A stretch of DNA of 64,000 nucleotides from an uncultured virus (IMG/VR IMGVR_UViG_3300046794_000135) (Duplodnaviria; Heunggongvirae; Uroviricota; Caudoviricetes): the IMG/VR virus record IMGVR_UViG_3300046794_000135; one strand, given 5' to 3'. The notes beneath the pieces were generated by a model that saw only the letters and a list, made by a program, of their open reading frames with translations, ran no database searches and was not told where the DNA came from. The first letter of the stretch is position 1. Every line of letters starts with the position of its first letter. Both the position numbers and the translations under genes were made by a program. Of the stretch, positions 46,429 to 55,772 are shown one piece after another.

Positions 46429-46841
46429 GCCGCTACTCCCGCTTGTTCTGGGGTCACGCCAAATTCCTTGGCGATGAAGGCCAATGCCTCGTTGAGGAAG
46501 GTTGAAAACGTCTGCTCGTCCATGGCGTCGAACGCCACGCTGGACGGCACTTTGATCACGTACCCACCCATGATCACGTCATCGGTGAAGCCGGTTCGAA
46601 GCTTGACGATCTGGTGCAAAGCCTTCTCGTGAGGTGCCGCGCCAGTGGCCTTGACCACCTCCCGCAGGAACGCCCAATAAAACCGAAGTCGGCTCGGCAC
46701 TCTCCCGGTGCGCACGTCAACGCGGATGCGCTCACCTTCCTTGATTTCGGCTATGCGCTCACGGTCGGCTGCCATCTCGCCAACGAGGTTGGAGCCGTAG
46801 CGGACGCAGTAGATGGACGGGGTTTCGGATTTCTTCGACAT
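46425..46841 (-). CDS. NinB/DUF1367-like recombination accessory protein
   Basis: RFYWA...SSVAFDAMDEQTF; next to the exonuclease. Confidence 0.6.
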   Translation of the reverse strand: MSKKSETPSIYCVRYGSNLVGEMAADRERIAEIKEGERIRVDVRTGRVPSRLRFYWAFLREVVKATGAAPHEKALHQIVKLRTGFTDDVIMGGYVIKVPSSVAFDAMDEQTFSTFLNEALAFIAKEFGVTPEQAGVAA

Positions 46842-46844
46842 CAG

Positions 46845-47513
46845 CTAGCCCGCCATCAGGAGTGCGCCGCCATCATCGACCGGCTGCATGTCGGGATCGT
46901 AGATCTTGCGGAGCGTGACGATCTTGGCGCGGACCTCGTTCAAGAAGGTGATGACCTCCTTTTCAAGCTCCTCGATGATCTCAGGCACGCGATGGACGCG
47001 GACGCAGAAGAACTGCATGGCTTCGGGCATACGAGGGTCGAAGCTGACGAAGTCGCACCACTGGCGACCAGTGCAGGCCAACTGCCATTGGATTTGCGTC
47101 ACATACTTCGCCGGCACGGCCTTGCCGACGAGTGTTTCGATATGGGTGCTCGTGAGGGGCGCTTTGATCTCAATGAGACCGTCGTCGCCCACCAGCCCGT
47201 CTGGTGAGCAGCCACAGTCGCCAATGGTCGGATGCAAGACAAAGGCAACCTGCCGAACGTCCACGTCCTTGTAGAACTCGTATGCCGATCGGGCCTGCGG
47301 TTCGGTCTCGGTTCCCCACCTCATGGCGTCGTTGGTGAACCCATCGGTAGGAACACCCGTCAGCCGCTCGCAGATGAGCTGGGCGGCGTAATTGGCGCGT
47401 GAGGCGGAATAGCCGCTCTTGGTCTTGGCGACGATGTCAGCGACACGCGAGGCGGTAACCTTTCCCAGACGCAAGGCTTTCCAAGCGTCGGTTCCCTGCT
47501 GGATATCATCCAT
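46845..47513 (-). CDS. YqaJ/lambda-type exonuclease
   Basis: QGTDAW..LRLGKVTAS, SPDGLV, EIK and QIQWQL. Confidence 0.92.
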   Translation of the reverse strand: MDDIQQGTDAWKALRLGKVTASRVADIVAKTKSGYSASRANYAAQLICERLTGVPTDGFTNDAMRWGTETEPQARSAYEFYKDVDVRQVAFVLHPTIGDCGCSPDGLVGDDGLIEIKAPLTSTHIETLVGKAVPAKYVTQIQWQLACTGRQWCDFVSFDPRMPEAMQFFCVRVHRVPEIIEELEKEVITFLNEVRAKIVTLRKIYDPDMQPVDDGGALLMAG

Positions 47514-48240
47514 TGTCCTGCTCCTTGCGCTGGCTGGCGAATCGGTCGAGCGATGTCATGGCCTCAGCGAACTTCGAAGCGGGCATTTCAATGAGCGCCT
47601 CGATCTTCCAGCGATTGCAGAAGCGGGCGATATCAGCCCCGGCGTCTTCGATCTTCTGGCGAAGCTTGGTTGCCTGCTCCTGAGAAATTGGGCCATCGCC
47701 ACCGGCAGCACGGCCATCGTCGTCATTGGTGACGGCCAAGCCGAGAGCCTGGACGAGCGTGTATCTTTGCAAATACGTGAGTGTGGAGCCGATAGCCTGT
47801 ATGGCGTTCTTGCTGCCAGACGTGTCCGCAGGGCCGCCCAGCGTCGTTTCCTCGAAGTGGCCTTCCTTGTGCGACAGGACGCACGTCACGCTGATGCGGT
47901 CGGTTTGCGTCGTCTTGAAGCGGTAGGACAGGCCGAACTTAGTGATGATCGGATCGACGGCGTTCGCGATGGCTGCGAAGTCGGCATAACGCTTATCGTT
48001 ATGGCCTTTGGCGTTGCGAATAACCGGCTTGATTTCGGCCTTGGCAAGAGAGATCGCTTCATCGAAAGCCATACGGGCCTGATTTGCCTGCCAGCGCTCC
48101 TGCAGCGCCATAAGCTTCGCCAGCGTGTCGGGATCGGCGTTCGACGAGAGCGCACGGTCGAGCATTTCGAGAGGCGTGATTGTCCGCGATGCGGTACGGG
48201 CAGGAACATCGTGCTCGATGGTCTTAACGGCGGTAGACAT
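47506..48240 (-). CDS. erf: ERF-family single-strand annealing protein
   Basis: YAD, QAIGSTLTYLQRY and DDDG motifs. Confidence 0.9.
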   Translation of the reverse strand: MSTAVKTIEHDVPARTASRTITPLEMLDRALSSNADPDTLAKLMALQERWQANQARMAFDEAISLAKAEIKPVIRNAKGHNDKRYADFAAIANAVDPIITKFGLSYRFKTTQTDRISVTCVLSHKEGHFEETTLGGPADTSGSKNAIQAIGSTLTYLQRYTLVQALGLAVTNDDDGRAAGGDGPISQEQATKLRQKIEDAGADIARFCNRWKIEALIEMPASKFAEAMTSLDRFASQRKEQDNG

Positions 48241-48439
48241 GGGCATTTACCTCCTGATTGTCTTTGGCGATCCGGTGTGCTTCCGGCTGCCCGATGAAGT
48301 AGAATGAGAGGAAGACGACGACCAAGACGCCGAACAGGGTCACGGCTTGGTTGAGCCCGCTGATAAGGCGCTGGCGCTCGACCTCAACCTTGTCGTTTAG
48401 AGCCTTGGCGCGGTCGAGGTAGGATTGAGCCTCATTCAT
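48224..48439 (-). CDS. Small membrane protein
   Basis: Single hydrophobic helix. Confidence 0.55.
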   Translation of the reverse strand: MNEAQSYLDRAKALNDKVEVERQRLISGLNQAVTLFGVLVVVFLSFYFIGQPEAHRIAKDNQEVNAHVYRR

Positions 48440-48768
48440 GCCCAGTCCCTCGTCTCGCGCTGGTGGTGAGCTTCGTCGTCACGAGCCATATCGTTCTGGC
48501 TTTCGGCTTCGGACATCAGCCAGGACGTGAAGGCTTCGGAACAGGTGAAGTGGCCCTCGATCGACGAAGGAAGCTTGATCCTGTTGAGGCCGTCCAAGAA
48601 ACGGACATCGTCAACCTCGATGCTGGGTTCCTCGCCGGGCTCGGTCAGCGTCTGCTTGCAGCCGGGATGGACGGTGAAATCAACATGAACCGTCAGGAGG
48701 ATACTGGTGCCGCATTCCCACCCGAATATTTCGATTGTCTGCTTGGCGTGATACTTCTTGCTCATCAC
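48436..48768 (-). CDS. Hypothetical protein
   Basis: Coupled operon member. Confidence 0.6.
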   Translation of the reverse strand: MMSKKYHAKQTIEIFGWECGTSILLTVHVDFTVHPGCKQTLTEPGEEPSIEVDDVRFLDGLNRIKLPSSIEGHFTCSEAFTSWLMSEAESQNDMARDDEAHHQRETRDWA

Positions 48769-49160
48769 TCAGCAGCCTCCGCGAAGTGACGCTCAAGGCG
48801 AGCTGCCGGCGAATGTCCGAAGAACACGACATCATCGGTCCGCTGGTCGCTGGCGTCGTCTGGATCGCGCTCCTGAGACTGTGTGACGGCGTCTGCCCAT
48901 TCCTGAGCGCAATGGCGACCGTCAACCGTCTTGTCGTCGTAGAGCACGTCCATGATCATCCGGCAGAGCATCTGGTCGAAGGTGTTCGAGCCAGTGACGC
49001 TGGGCGTAGGAAGCGTGCGGCGTCCGTCGAGGACGATCGACGTAATGGCGAAGTCGCCGTCGCCGTTGTCCTCAAGCTTGGCCTGTCCGTAGATCAGGAC
49101 GCCTTCACCGAGACCGGGCAATTTTAGCTCATCGAAATCGTATTGGGTCTGGAATGCCAT
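48765..49160 (-). CDS. Hypothetical protein
   Basis: GAGGAG RBS before ATG 49160. Confidence 0.6.
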   Translation of the reverse strand: MAFQTQYDFDELKLPGLGEGVLIYGQAKLEDNGDGDFAITSIVLDGRRTLPTPSVTGSNTFDQMLCRMIMDVLYDDKTVDGRHCAQEWADAVTQSQERDPDDASDQRTDDVVFFGHSPAARLERHFAEAAE

Positions 49161-49267
49161 GTCTGCCGCTCCTCGGTTCATCCGTTCGCCGTCTCTCCGT
49201 GCTGTCACGCGCTGCTCATCGGCGTTCACGAGTAGGGCCGCCCCTACCGGCATCGGGGGATTGCTGC

Positions 49268-49540
49268 CTAAGCAGCAGCCCCGATCTGCGTTGCCTCGGT
49301 GATGATCGACACGATTTCAGAGGCTGGGAGGCCCCACGCAGCTTTGGCGAACAGGTCGCGAGCCTTGGTGGCGTCTGCCTCGTAGGACCGAAGCTGGTCG
49401 CCGTACTGTTCGAAGGCGTGGACGTTCTGGCGCGTCATCGACATGAACGCGAGCTTGTCGGTATTGCGCTTGACCTTCGTGGCCGAGCCGATTGCTGCCT
49501 TGTAGAGGTTGACCAGTTCGTTGCGGGTTGCGGTTTCCAT
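49268..49540 (-). CDS. First gene of the leftward early operon
   Basis: GAGGAG RBS; directly downstream of PL. Confidence 0.65.
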   Translation of the reverse strand: METATRNELVNLYKAAIGSATKVKRNTDKLAFMSMTRQNVHAFEQYGDQLRSYEADATKARDLFAKAAWGLPASEIVSIITEATQIGAAA

Positions 49541-49578
49541 TGTCGTCTCCTCAGCGGGTGTTGTTGTTTGATGAGGAG

Positions 49579-49633
49579 AGAATACCAGAATGGCATAGAC
49601 AGTCAATACCAGCTTGGTATAAAAGATTGGTAT
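49579..49633 (-). promoter_or_regulatory. Phage B PL/OL
   Basis: ATACC-N5-GG(C/T)AT operators at 49582 and 49606, weak third at 49619; TTGACT-N16-TATTCT on the minus strand. Confidence 0.75.
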
Positions 49634-49979
49634 GAGCAAAAAAGATGAAACCACCACAGATAGAATCAGGGCGCTAAAAAAGAAGTACCCTCCCGTGCAA
49701 GTCGGCCCATTCCTGGTGATGCAGAGGAGGTGGATAAGGCGCGTCAATCAGATGGCTGCGCTAACGCATGTTCAGCGATGCGCAGCGGTCTTCATCGGAG
49801 CGTTCGCGACTCCGGACCGGCCATTTTGTGCGGCAGGAATGGAATACATCTGCAGCCACGTCGGCTGCGAGAGGACCGCAGTTTTCAGAGCTGTGACGTA
49901 TTTGGAGGGTCTCGGCTACATGACGGTCGATCGTCAAAAAAGAGCCGGAAATGTCTATCGGATTCAGGTGCCAATCTGA
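49632..49979 (+). CDS. Winged-HTH protein resembling the N-terminal domain of a phage replication initiator
   Basis: EYICSHVGCERTAVFRAVTYLEGLGYM...GNVYRI pattern. Confidence 0.6.
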   Translation: MSKKDETTTDRIRALKKKYPPVQVGPFLVMQRRWIRRVNQMAALTHVQRCAAVFIGAFATPDRPFCAAGMEYICSHVGCERTAVFRAVTYLEGLGYMTVDRQKRAGNVYRIQVPI

Positions 49980-49985
49980 CAGTTT

Positions 49986-50058
49986 ATGTTGCTGTGGGGC
50001 AACCTCTTCCATGTTGCTGGGGGGCAACACAATATAGACGGGTGCTGATATAGACGGG
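49986..50058. repeat. Iteron-like direct repeats
   Basis: ATGTTGCTG(T/G)GGGGCAAC at 49986 and 50011; ATATAGACGGG at 50032 and 50048. Confidence 0.75.
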
Positions 50059-50148
50059 AGTTATCTTCTATTAGTTTGGCTTAGGATAAGGGTAATTATT
50101 AGAAGGGTGAGGGATGAAAATCGACCCCATCACCTTCAAAAGCCAAAA

Positions 50149-50829
50149 TCAGGCCACACCGGCCAGCGCGATAAAATGCACCGAGTGTACGCAATTCCCA
50201 TCGAATCGAAGCTCTTTCGGCGGATTGAATTGCTCCAAGACCAGCTCGATGCTGTTTTGCCGGACGAAACGCTTCACGTAGGCCAAAAGCGGCCCATGCT
50301 CTTCCAGCCTCACCTGGGCGATCACGTAATCGCCACGCTTCACCCGTCGCCTTGGATCGACGAAGCAAACTTCGCCATCCTCGTACCTCGGCTCCATGCT
50401 CGAACCTGAGACTGCGACACCGTAGGCCCCCGATATGTGAGAGATCACCGGAGGTGCCATCACCTCGTAAAGCACTGTTCCGTTCATCAGAAATTCCCCG
50501 TCAACGCCTCCTACGGCTTGCCCATAAACAGGGATTCGCCGCCCAAGACCTTCAACCTTATCCCCAACTGTCGCGTTCGGGGGATCAAATATAGGGGATG
50601 TTCTATCCGATTTCGGAACATCGTTAACAGCCTCCGATGTCCCATTTCCGAACATGAGGGACTCCGCGGTGATGTTCAGATGCGGGGCAATTTTTTCGGC
50701 CCATTCCTTCGTCAGCTTACGCTCACCGCTCTCCAAACGCTTGATTTGGGGCTGAGACGTGCCAACCAGCTCGGCCAATGCCGATTGGCTGATGGAAATT
50801 TTTTCGCGTAACTCTTTGATCATGTTCAT
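50149..50829 (-). CDS. cI: CI-like repressor (XRE HTH plus S24 peptidase)
   Basis: SQSALAELVGTSQPQIKRLE; VSGSSMEP catalytic Ser and VKR catalytic Lys. Confidence 0.93.
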   Translation of the reverse strand: MNMIKELREKISISQSALAELVGTSQPQIKRLESGERKLTKEWAEKIAPHLNITAESLMFGNGTSEAVNDVPKSDRTSPIFDPPNATVGDKVEGLGRRIPVYGQAVGGVDGEFLMNGTVLYEVMAPPVISHISGAYGVAVSGSSMEPRYEDGEVCFVDPRRRVKRGDYVIAQVRLEEHGPLLAYVKRFVRQNSIELVLEQFNPPKELRFDGNCVHSVHFIALAGVA

Positions 50830-50840
50830 ATACCGACATT

Positions 50841-50917
50841 ATTCCGATATGGAATTTTGTTCAAAAGCCATTTTGGTATGGAAAAACGCTTGCGTGCCGA
50901 TGCCATTTTGGTATTAT
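50841..50917 (+). promoter_or_regulatory. Phage B PR/OR
   Basis: Operators at 50841 (ATTCC-N5-GGAAT), 50865 and 50900 (A(A/T)GCC-ATTTT-GGTAT); TTGCGT-N16-TATTAT. Confidence 0.75.
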
Positions 50918-50922
50918 GCAGC

Positions 50923-51162
50923 ATGACCCTTGAAGAATATCTCGAAAAGCAAGCACCGAAGCTCTCCCACGCCGAGTTTGGCGAGCGGGTTGGCGTGACG
51001 CAGGCAGCCATCAGCAGATACCTGAATGGCACTCGCTTTCCGTCTCCAGAGCTTATCCGGAAAATCCAGTCTGCGACGAACGACGTCGTGACGGCGAACG
51101 ATCTTCTTGTCGGGTTTGAGAAAGCCAAATCGAAAAAGCAGGCACGGGAGAACGCCGCATGA
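50923..51162 (+). CDS. cro: Cro-like HTH protein
   Basis: EFGERVGVTQAAISRYLNG; divergent from cI. Confidence 0.85.
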   Translation: MTLEEYLEKQAPKLSHAEFGERVGVTQAAISRYLNGTRFPSPELIRKIQSATNDVVTANDLLVGFEKAKSKKQARENAA

Positions 51163-51503
51163 GCTGGTGGGATCAAGCAACCGCCGAGCAGAAGCTCGCA
51201 CAGATAGACGCTGGGATTTCCCTCGGCATGACCGGCAAGCAGATATCTATATGCTTGCGTGTCCCCGAGGTTGTGAACGGCAACAGTAAGGTTACGGCCT
51301 TCGCTCATTCGCATGGCCGGAGTTTCCCGACGACACGGTCAATCGCCGCGATGCGAGGCGGGGCTGCAGCCGCGAAGACGCACAGCCTTCGCATTCCAAG
51401 GCTATCCGGCACGCCTGAACACATGATCAGCGGCGCTTTCGATATTTTCGAGCGGGACGACGAGCGGGAAGAACTTTCGTTCGGTCTGGAGGCTGCGGAA
51501 TGA
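51159..51503 (+). CDS. Hypothetical protein
   Basis: ATGA-coupled to cro. Confidence 0.6.
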   Translation: MSWWDQATAEQKLAQIDAGISLGMTGKQISICLRVPEVVNGNSKVTAFAHSHGRSFPTTRSIAAMRGGAAAAKTHSLRIPRLSGTPEHMISGAFDIFERDDEREELSFGLEAAE

Positions 51504-51751
51504 CCTGGAACCACAACATCAAAGCAGCCCCTCACAGCAAGAGCCAGCGCAGGGTTATCAGCACCACCAAGGGCGAGCGAGCCTACAACGAAATTCAGCA
51601 CGAGTACCTCATTCTCGAAACGAAGTGCGGGAAGGTTCTGAAATCATACTGGATCCCCGATGAAGAGCGTTGGGCTGGTCTGGCGACAGGTGAAGAGCCG
51701 ATTGCGTGGCAGGAATGGCCCAAGCCTTCCAGAGCCCAGATCGCAGCATGA
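51500..51751 (+). CDS. Conserved phage protein
   Basis: ATGA-coupled; SYWIP...RW...PIAWQEWP motif. Confidence 0.6.
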   Translation: MTWNHNIKAAPHSKSQRRVISTTKGERAYNEIQHEYLILETKCGKVLKSYWIPDEERWAGLATGEEPIAWQEWPKPSRAQIAA

Positions 51752-51782
51752 AACCCCCACCAAACACAGAGAGGGCGGATCG

Positions 51783-52100
51783 ATGACGTTTCGAGTTGGA
51801 CAGAAAGTGTTCCTGGCCGTTGACTTCGATCCAGAAGTCAGGGCTTCGGCTCCGAGTGACGACATGATCTTACCTTCCACGGAGGTGGTCTATACGATCC
51901 GCCAGATTGGCGAGTTCGAAGGCGACCCGCTGGTTTGGCTTGAAGAGATCACCAACCGTCCGAGGTTTTATCTCGACGCTTTCGACTTCATGGAACAGGG
52001 GTTCGGAGCTTTCCGGTTCCGCCCAGTCGTTGAAGGGAAGGCCGATATCAGCCGGTTAAAAGCCATGCTCAATCCCTCGAAACAAGGTGTACCGGCATGA
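51783..52100 (+). CDS. Hypothetical protein
   Basis: FRVGQKV...VYTIR...FRFRP pattern. Confidence 0.6.
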   Translation: MTFRVGQKVFLAVDFDPEVRASAPSDDMILPSTEVVYTIRQIGEFEGDPLVWLEEITNRPRFYLDAFDFMEQGFGAFRFRPVVEGKADISRLKAMLNPSKQGVPA

Positions 52101-52285
52101 GCGACACACTCTACCTGACTTTCCTCATCGTCGGCGTACCTGCCATCGGCATTGCGGCTCTCGTCTACTGCCTCTGCGTGAAAAGCGGGCAGTGCAGCCG
52201 CGAGGAAGAATCCGAGATTGCCGGCGCTCTTGAAGGCGACCTCACTCCCTACATCAAATCCCTGAACCGTGGAGAGGTGATGTGA
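52097..52285 (+). CDS. Small membrane protein
   Basis: N-terminal hydrophobic helix. Confidence 0.55.
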   Translation: MSDTLYLTFLIVGVPAIGIAALVYCLCVKSGQCSREEESEIAGALEGDLTPYIKSLNRGEVM

Positions 52286-52563
52286 CCGAGTGGAGACCGA
52301 TCGAGACCGCGCCGAAGAACACCAAGGTTCTCGCCGCCTATCAAAACGAGCATGGCAACTGGCGCATCGTGACTGCCTGTTATCACACGCAACTCGACTG
52401 GTCCGACGAATACGGCGACCACGAGGAAGAGTTCGCGCCGGAGGATTGGTACGAGGAGAATGATAGCTCCGAAGTGATCTACCCTACCAGCCGGAAGCCC
52501 ACACACTGGATGCCTCTACCGGCTCCACCCATCCTTAGCTCTGGTCCTCCCCCATTGAGCTAG
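52282..52563 (+). CDS. DUF551-like protein
   Basis: WRPIETAPK...PTHWMPLPAPP. Confidence 0.7.
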   Translation: MTEWRPIETAPKNTKVLAAYQNEHGNWRIVTACYHTQLDWSDEYGDHEEEFAPEDWYEENDSSEVIYPTSRKPTHWMPLPAPPILSSGPPPLS

Positions 52564-52564
52564 G

Positions 52565-52770
52565 GCGCTGGCTCGGGCGGATCTCCTCTCCTGCCCGAGC
52601 CGGCACCAATTGCATACGCGGCAATTTCCATTGCGCGAACAATCTTACCGCAACCACGCCTAAAGGCTCGAAGCCCTCAAGCGCGGTTGCATCACCAGCA
52701 TCCGAGGCGGCGGCGGAAGGGTGCTGGTGAACTGAAATGACTGGTTGGCCCGAGCGGCGGACCATCGGAG
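52565..52770 (+). ncRNA. Candidate structured RNA (array of hairpins)
   Basis: Four to five consecutive GC-rich stem-loops in a non-coding gap. Confidence 0.4.
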
Positions 52771-52954
52771 ATGACTGAGACTTAATCCCTGGCAGGATCT
52801 TGTTTTGATCATCTCCGACTTTATCGCGCTTCGACATGACTGTGTGGGCTCCGTTTACAAGGGCAACTTCGCACAGGAGAACGTCAAGGTGCTGGGAAAC
52901 ACGAACACGAGCTTGTCGAACAACGACAAGGAAAAACGAAACAGGAAGAAGGGC

Positions 52955-53284
52955 ATGAGTGACGTCTGTTTGGCCCAAGGCCTATTGAGAGACGCGTTCC
53001 CACCACGGCGGTACGGGAAAGTAGAAAGTGCTTTCTATGAGGCTCACAAGTTCATCAGCCGTCGCGTTCACAAGCAATTCACGCTTCGGCGTGTTCGCTC
53101 GATCTGGGAAGGTACAGCCCGAAGGATCGATAACGAGGAAATGGAAGCCCTAAAGGCTGCGCTTATCGAGGAGCATATGCGTGAACAAAGAGAACTCCGT
53201 ACCCGTCTGGCTTCGCTGGATGAGAAGATTGCCGCTTTCGATGCGCGCATCTCTCGCGAAGCACTGGAGGAAGGTGGCCGGTGA
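52955..53284 (+). CDS. Regulatory protein in the CII position
   Basis: TLRRVRSIWEGTARRID motif plus coiled coil; start uncertain. Confidence 0.55.
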   Translation: MSDVCLAQGLLRDAFPPRRYGKVESAFYEAHKFISRRVHKQFTLRRVRSIWEGTARRIDNEEMEALKAALIEEHMREQRELRTRLASLDEKIAAFDARISREALEEGGR

Positions 53285-53335
53285 CAGGATCGACTGGGCT
53301 GATTGGATCATAGACGAGAACAAGGACGAAGATCG

Positions 53336-53602
53336 ATGACATCAGACACAGTCGCAAAAACCCAGCTTCGCGCCTTCGTGGAGCGGATCGAAAGATTGGA
53401 AGCCGAAAAGCAGACGATCACTGACGACGTCAAGGACGTCTATGGAGAGGCAAAGGGCATGGGCTTCGATACCAAGATCCTCAAGAAGGTCGTCGCCCTA
53501 CGCAAGAAAGACGAGAACCAGCGCATGGAGGAAGAAGCCATCCTCGACAGCTATCTCGTCGCCCTCGGCATGCAGCCAGACCTGTTCCCCGGCGAAGGCT
53601 AA
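53336..53602 (+). CDS. gapR: GapR (DUF2312) nucleoid-associated protein homologue
   Basis: [16 protein letters not shown]...[24 protein letters not shown]. Confidence 0.92.
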   Translation: MTSDTVAKTQLRAFVERIERLEAEKQTITDDVKDVYGEAKGMGFDTKILKKVVALRKKDENQRMEEEAILDSYLVALGMQPDLFPGEG

Positions 53603-53690
53603 CCAGTTCCCCAAGGCGCGCTCGACCTCCCAAGGAGCCGCCCAACTCAAGCCGTCCTAGGCGGCTCTTTCTTTCCAAGACGAGGCAGAG

Positions 53691-55046
53691 ATGAACCTAC
53701 CGGCAAGACAAAGCACTGTCCTAGACCTCGTAGACGAATACGAGGAAAAGAATGCGGCTATCGACGTCGAGCTCAAGGGCTTCGAGGAGGCGTTCACCCG
53801 CCTGGAGATGGCGGCATCGATCCAGGGCAAATACGTCTCGCCTATCACTCGCCACCGTCCGCATATCCATGCATCCGAGCTCCGCAAGGTTCTGCTGAAA
53901 TCAGGCTGGAAGGCAATCTATGACCGCCTCCAGATCGATATGATTGCCAGCGCCAAGGATAAGAAGCTGTTCGAGCGCACGCTTGAAGAGCCACCGGAGC
54001 TCACCTTCGATAATGCCAAGGCGACGTTCGGTGATTACCTCATGCGCCCGCGTCACCACATCCTACGCGGTCTGGCTGAAGTGTTTTCGGATCTCGATCA
54101 GGCTTACAAGTCGCATTCCAAGGTCAAGATCGGCGTCAAGGGTCTGCCGAAGCGTGTCATCATCAGCAGTTACGGCGGCTACGGCAGCTATGGCCGCGAC
54201 AAGCTGCGGGACATCGTCAATGCGCTGGCAGCCTATCAAGGCAAGCCTCTGATGAACCATGACGAGCTCAGCGCCATTGCGGCCGCGCATGACGCCAGCG
54301 AAGACGCCATCCTCGATGGCAGGTCGATCGCGTGGAAGAGCCGGCACCAGGCAGGTGAATACCCAACCCTCGATCGGGGAATCACGGTCAGGAAATTCAG
54401 CAATGGCAACGCTCACGTCTTCTTCGCGCCGAGCACGCTACTCGACATCAACCGAGCTCTAGCTGAGTTCTACGGCGAGGTTTTGCCAGATGCCGAGGAA
54501 GAGGACGCAAAGCGCCAGACCAGCACGGCTGTTTCGAAAGACCTGCAGTTCTACTGGTCGCCAGCAGAGGTGATCGCCAAGGCTCTGGACGACATCGGCA
54601 TATACGGGAAAAGCTACTACAGCCGCCAGGAGCCGCCAGCCTATCGCGTGCTAGAGCCCTCCTGCGGAGATGGCCGGATCATGGACGAGCTCCGCAAGCG
54701 TGGTTGCCGGCCGTTCGGCATTGAGGTTCACGCCGGTCGTGCCGCCGAGGCGCGCGCCAAAGGTCATTCGGTAATGACTGGGAACTTCCTTGAGCAGCCC
54801 GCGCGCCCTGAGTTCGACTATGTGGTGATGAACCCGCCGTTCTACGGTCGACACTACGTCAAACACGTCAAGCACGCCCTGAAGTTCCTCAAGCCAGGCG
54901 GAACGCTCGTCTCCATCCTCCCAGCAACGGCTCACTACGACCACCAGGAGCTCCAAGGACAGTGGACAGACCTTCCAGTCGGCAGCTTCTCCGAAGCAGG
55001 CACCAACGTTCCTACGGGCATTCTGAAGATGAGGGCGCCGGCATGA
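53691..55046 (+). CDS. DUF4942-associated amino-DNA methyltransferase
   Basis: VLEPSCGDG SAM-binding motif, MNPPF catalytic motif, FSNGNAH, FSEAGTNV. Confidence 0.85.
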   Translation: MNLPARQSTVLDLVDEYEEKNAAIDVELKGFEEAFTRLEMAASIQGKYVSPITRHRPHIHASELRKVLLKSGWKAIYDRLQIDMIASAKDKKLFERTLEEPPELTFDNAKATFGDYLMRPRHHILRGLAEVFSDLDQAYKSHSKVKIGVKGLPKRVIISSYGGYGSYGRDKLRDIVNALAAYQGKPLMNHDELSAIAAAHDASEDAILDGRSIAWKSRHQAGEYPTLDRGITVRKFSNGNAHVFFAPSTLLDINRALAEFYGEVLPDAEEEDAKRQTSTAVSKDLQFYWSPAEVIAKALDDIGIYGKSYYSRQEPPAYRVLEPSCGDGRIMDELRKRGCRPFGIEVHAGRAAEARAKGHSVMTGNFLEQPARPEFDYVVMNPPFYGRHYVKHVKHALKFLKPGGTLVSILPATAHYDHQELQGQWTDLPVGSFSEAGTNVPTGILKMRAPA

Positions 55047-55237
55047 CCAGTATCCAGGAAAAGATCGATTTTGTTTCGGGGCAGATCCACAGCAAGCAGC
55101 AATGGCTCCTAGACCACGGAGAGGGAACAAAGCGCCCTTGGCCGTCGAGCGACATCGAATCCAAGCAGCAGCATCTCGTGATGCTGGAGGCGATCCTTGC
55201 CGACTATCTATCCGCTCAATCGAGGAAGGCATCATGA
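55043..55237 (+). CDS. Hypothetical protein
   Basis: ATGA-coupled. Confidence 0.55.
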   Translation: MTSIQEKIDFVSGQIHSKQQWLLDHGEGTKRPWPSSDIESKQQHLVMLEAILADYLSAQSRKAS

Positions 55238-55425
55238 GCGACAGCGCCCTCAAACTGTTCCGCGGCGGCTTTGACTATGTCGAGATCGCCAACATGCTCC
55301 GCACCACGGAGGCCGAGATAGAAAAGCGGATCCACGCCGAACGTGATGTCGAAACGAACAAGGCCCGCATGCGTGTCTGGCGCCGGGAGTACATGCGCCG
55401 GCAGAGAGCGGAGAAGCGGGCATGA
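55234..55425 (+). CDS. Small HTH-like protein
   Basis: LFRGGFDYVEIANML; ATGA-coupled. Confidence 0.5.
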   Translation: MSDSALKLFRGGFDYVEIANMLRTTEAEIEKRIHAERDVETNKARMRVWRREYMRRQRAEKRA

Positions 55426-55763
55426 ACAAGTACCGCAACCAGCCAGTAGAGATCGACGGATTTCGCTTCTCCAGCAAGAAAGAAGCCAACCGCTATTGCG
55501 AGCTGAAGCTTCTGCAGAGGGCCGGGGAGATATCGCACCTCGAGATCCAGCCACGCTTCAAGCTTCTCGTGAACGGTTCAGCGCTGAAATACGAGAGCGG
55601 ACGACAGGCGGTCTACATCGCGGACTTTGCGTACTTCGACCCGTCACGCGAGCGGCGGATTGTTGAAGACGTGAAGAGCCCCGCGACGAGAACGCCGCTC
55701 TACAAGCTCAAGAAGTGCCTTGTCGAGGCAATCTATCCCGCAGTGAAAATCATCGAGATCTGA
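55422..55763 (+). CDS. DUF1064-family endonuclease
   Basis: NKY...DGFRFSSKKEA, YIADFAY, VEDVK, YKLKK. Confidence 0.88.
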   Translation: MNKYRNQPVEIDGFRFSSKKEANRYCELKLLQRAGEISHLEIQPRFKLLVNGSALKYESGRQAVYIADFAYFDPSRERRIVEDVKSPATRTPLYKLKKCLVEAIYPAVKIIEI

Positions 55764-55772
55764 GAGGCGAGC

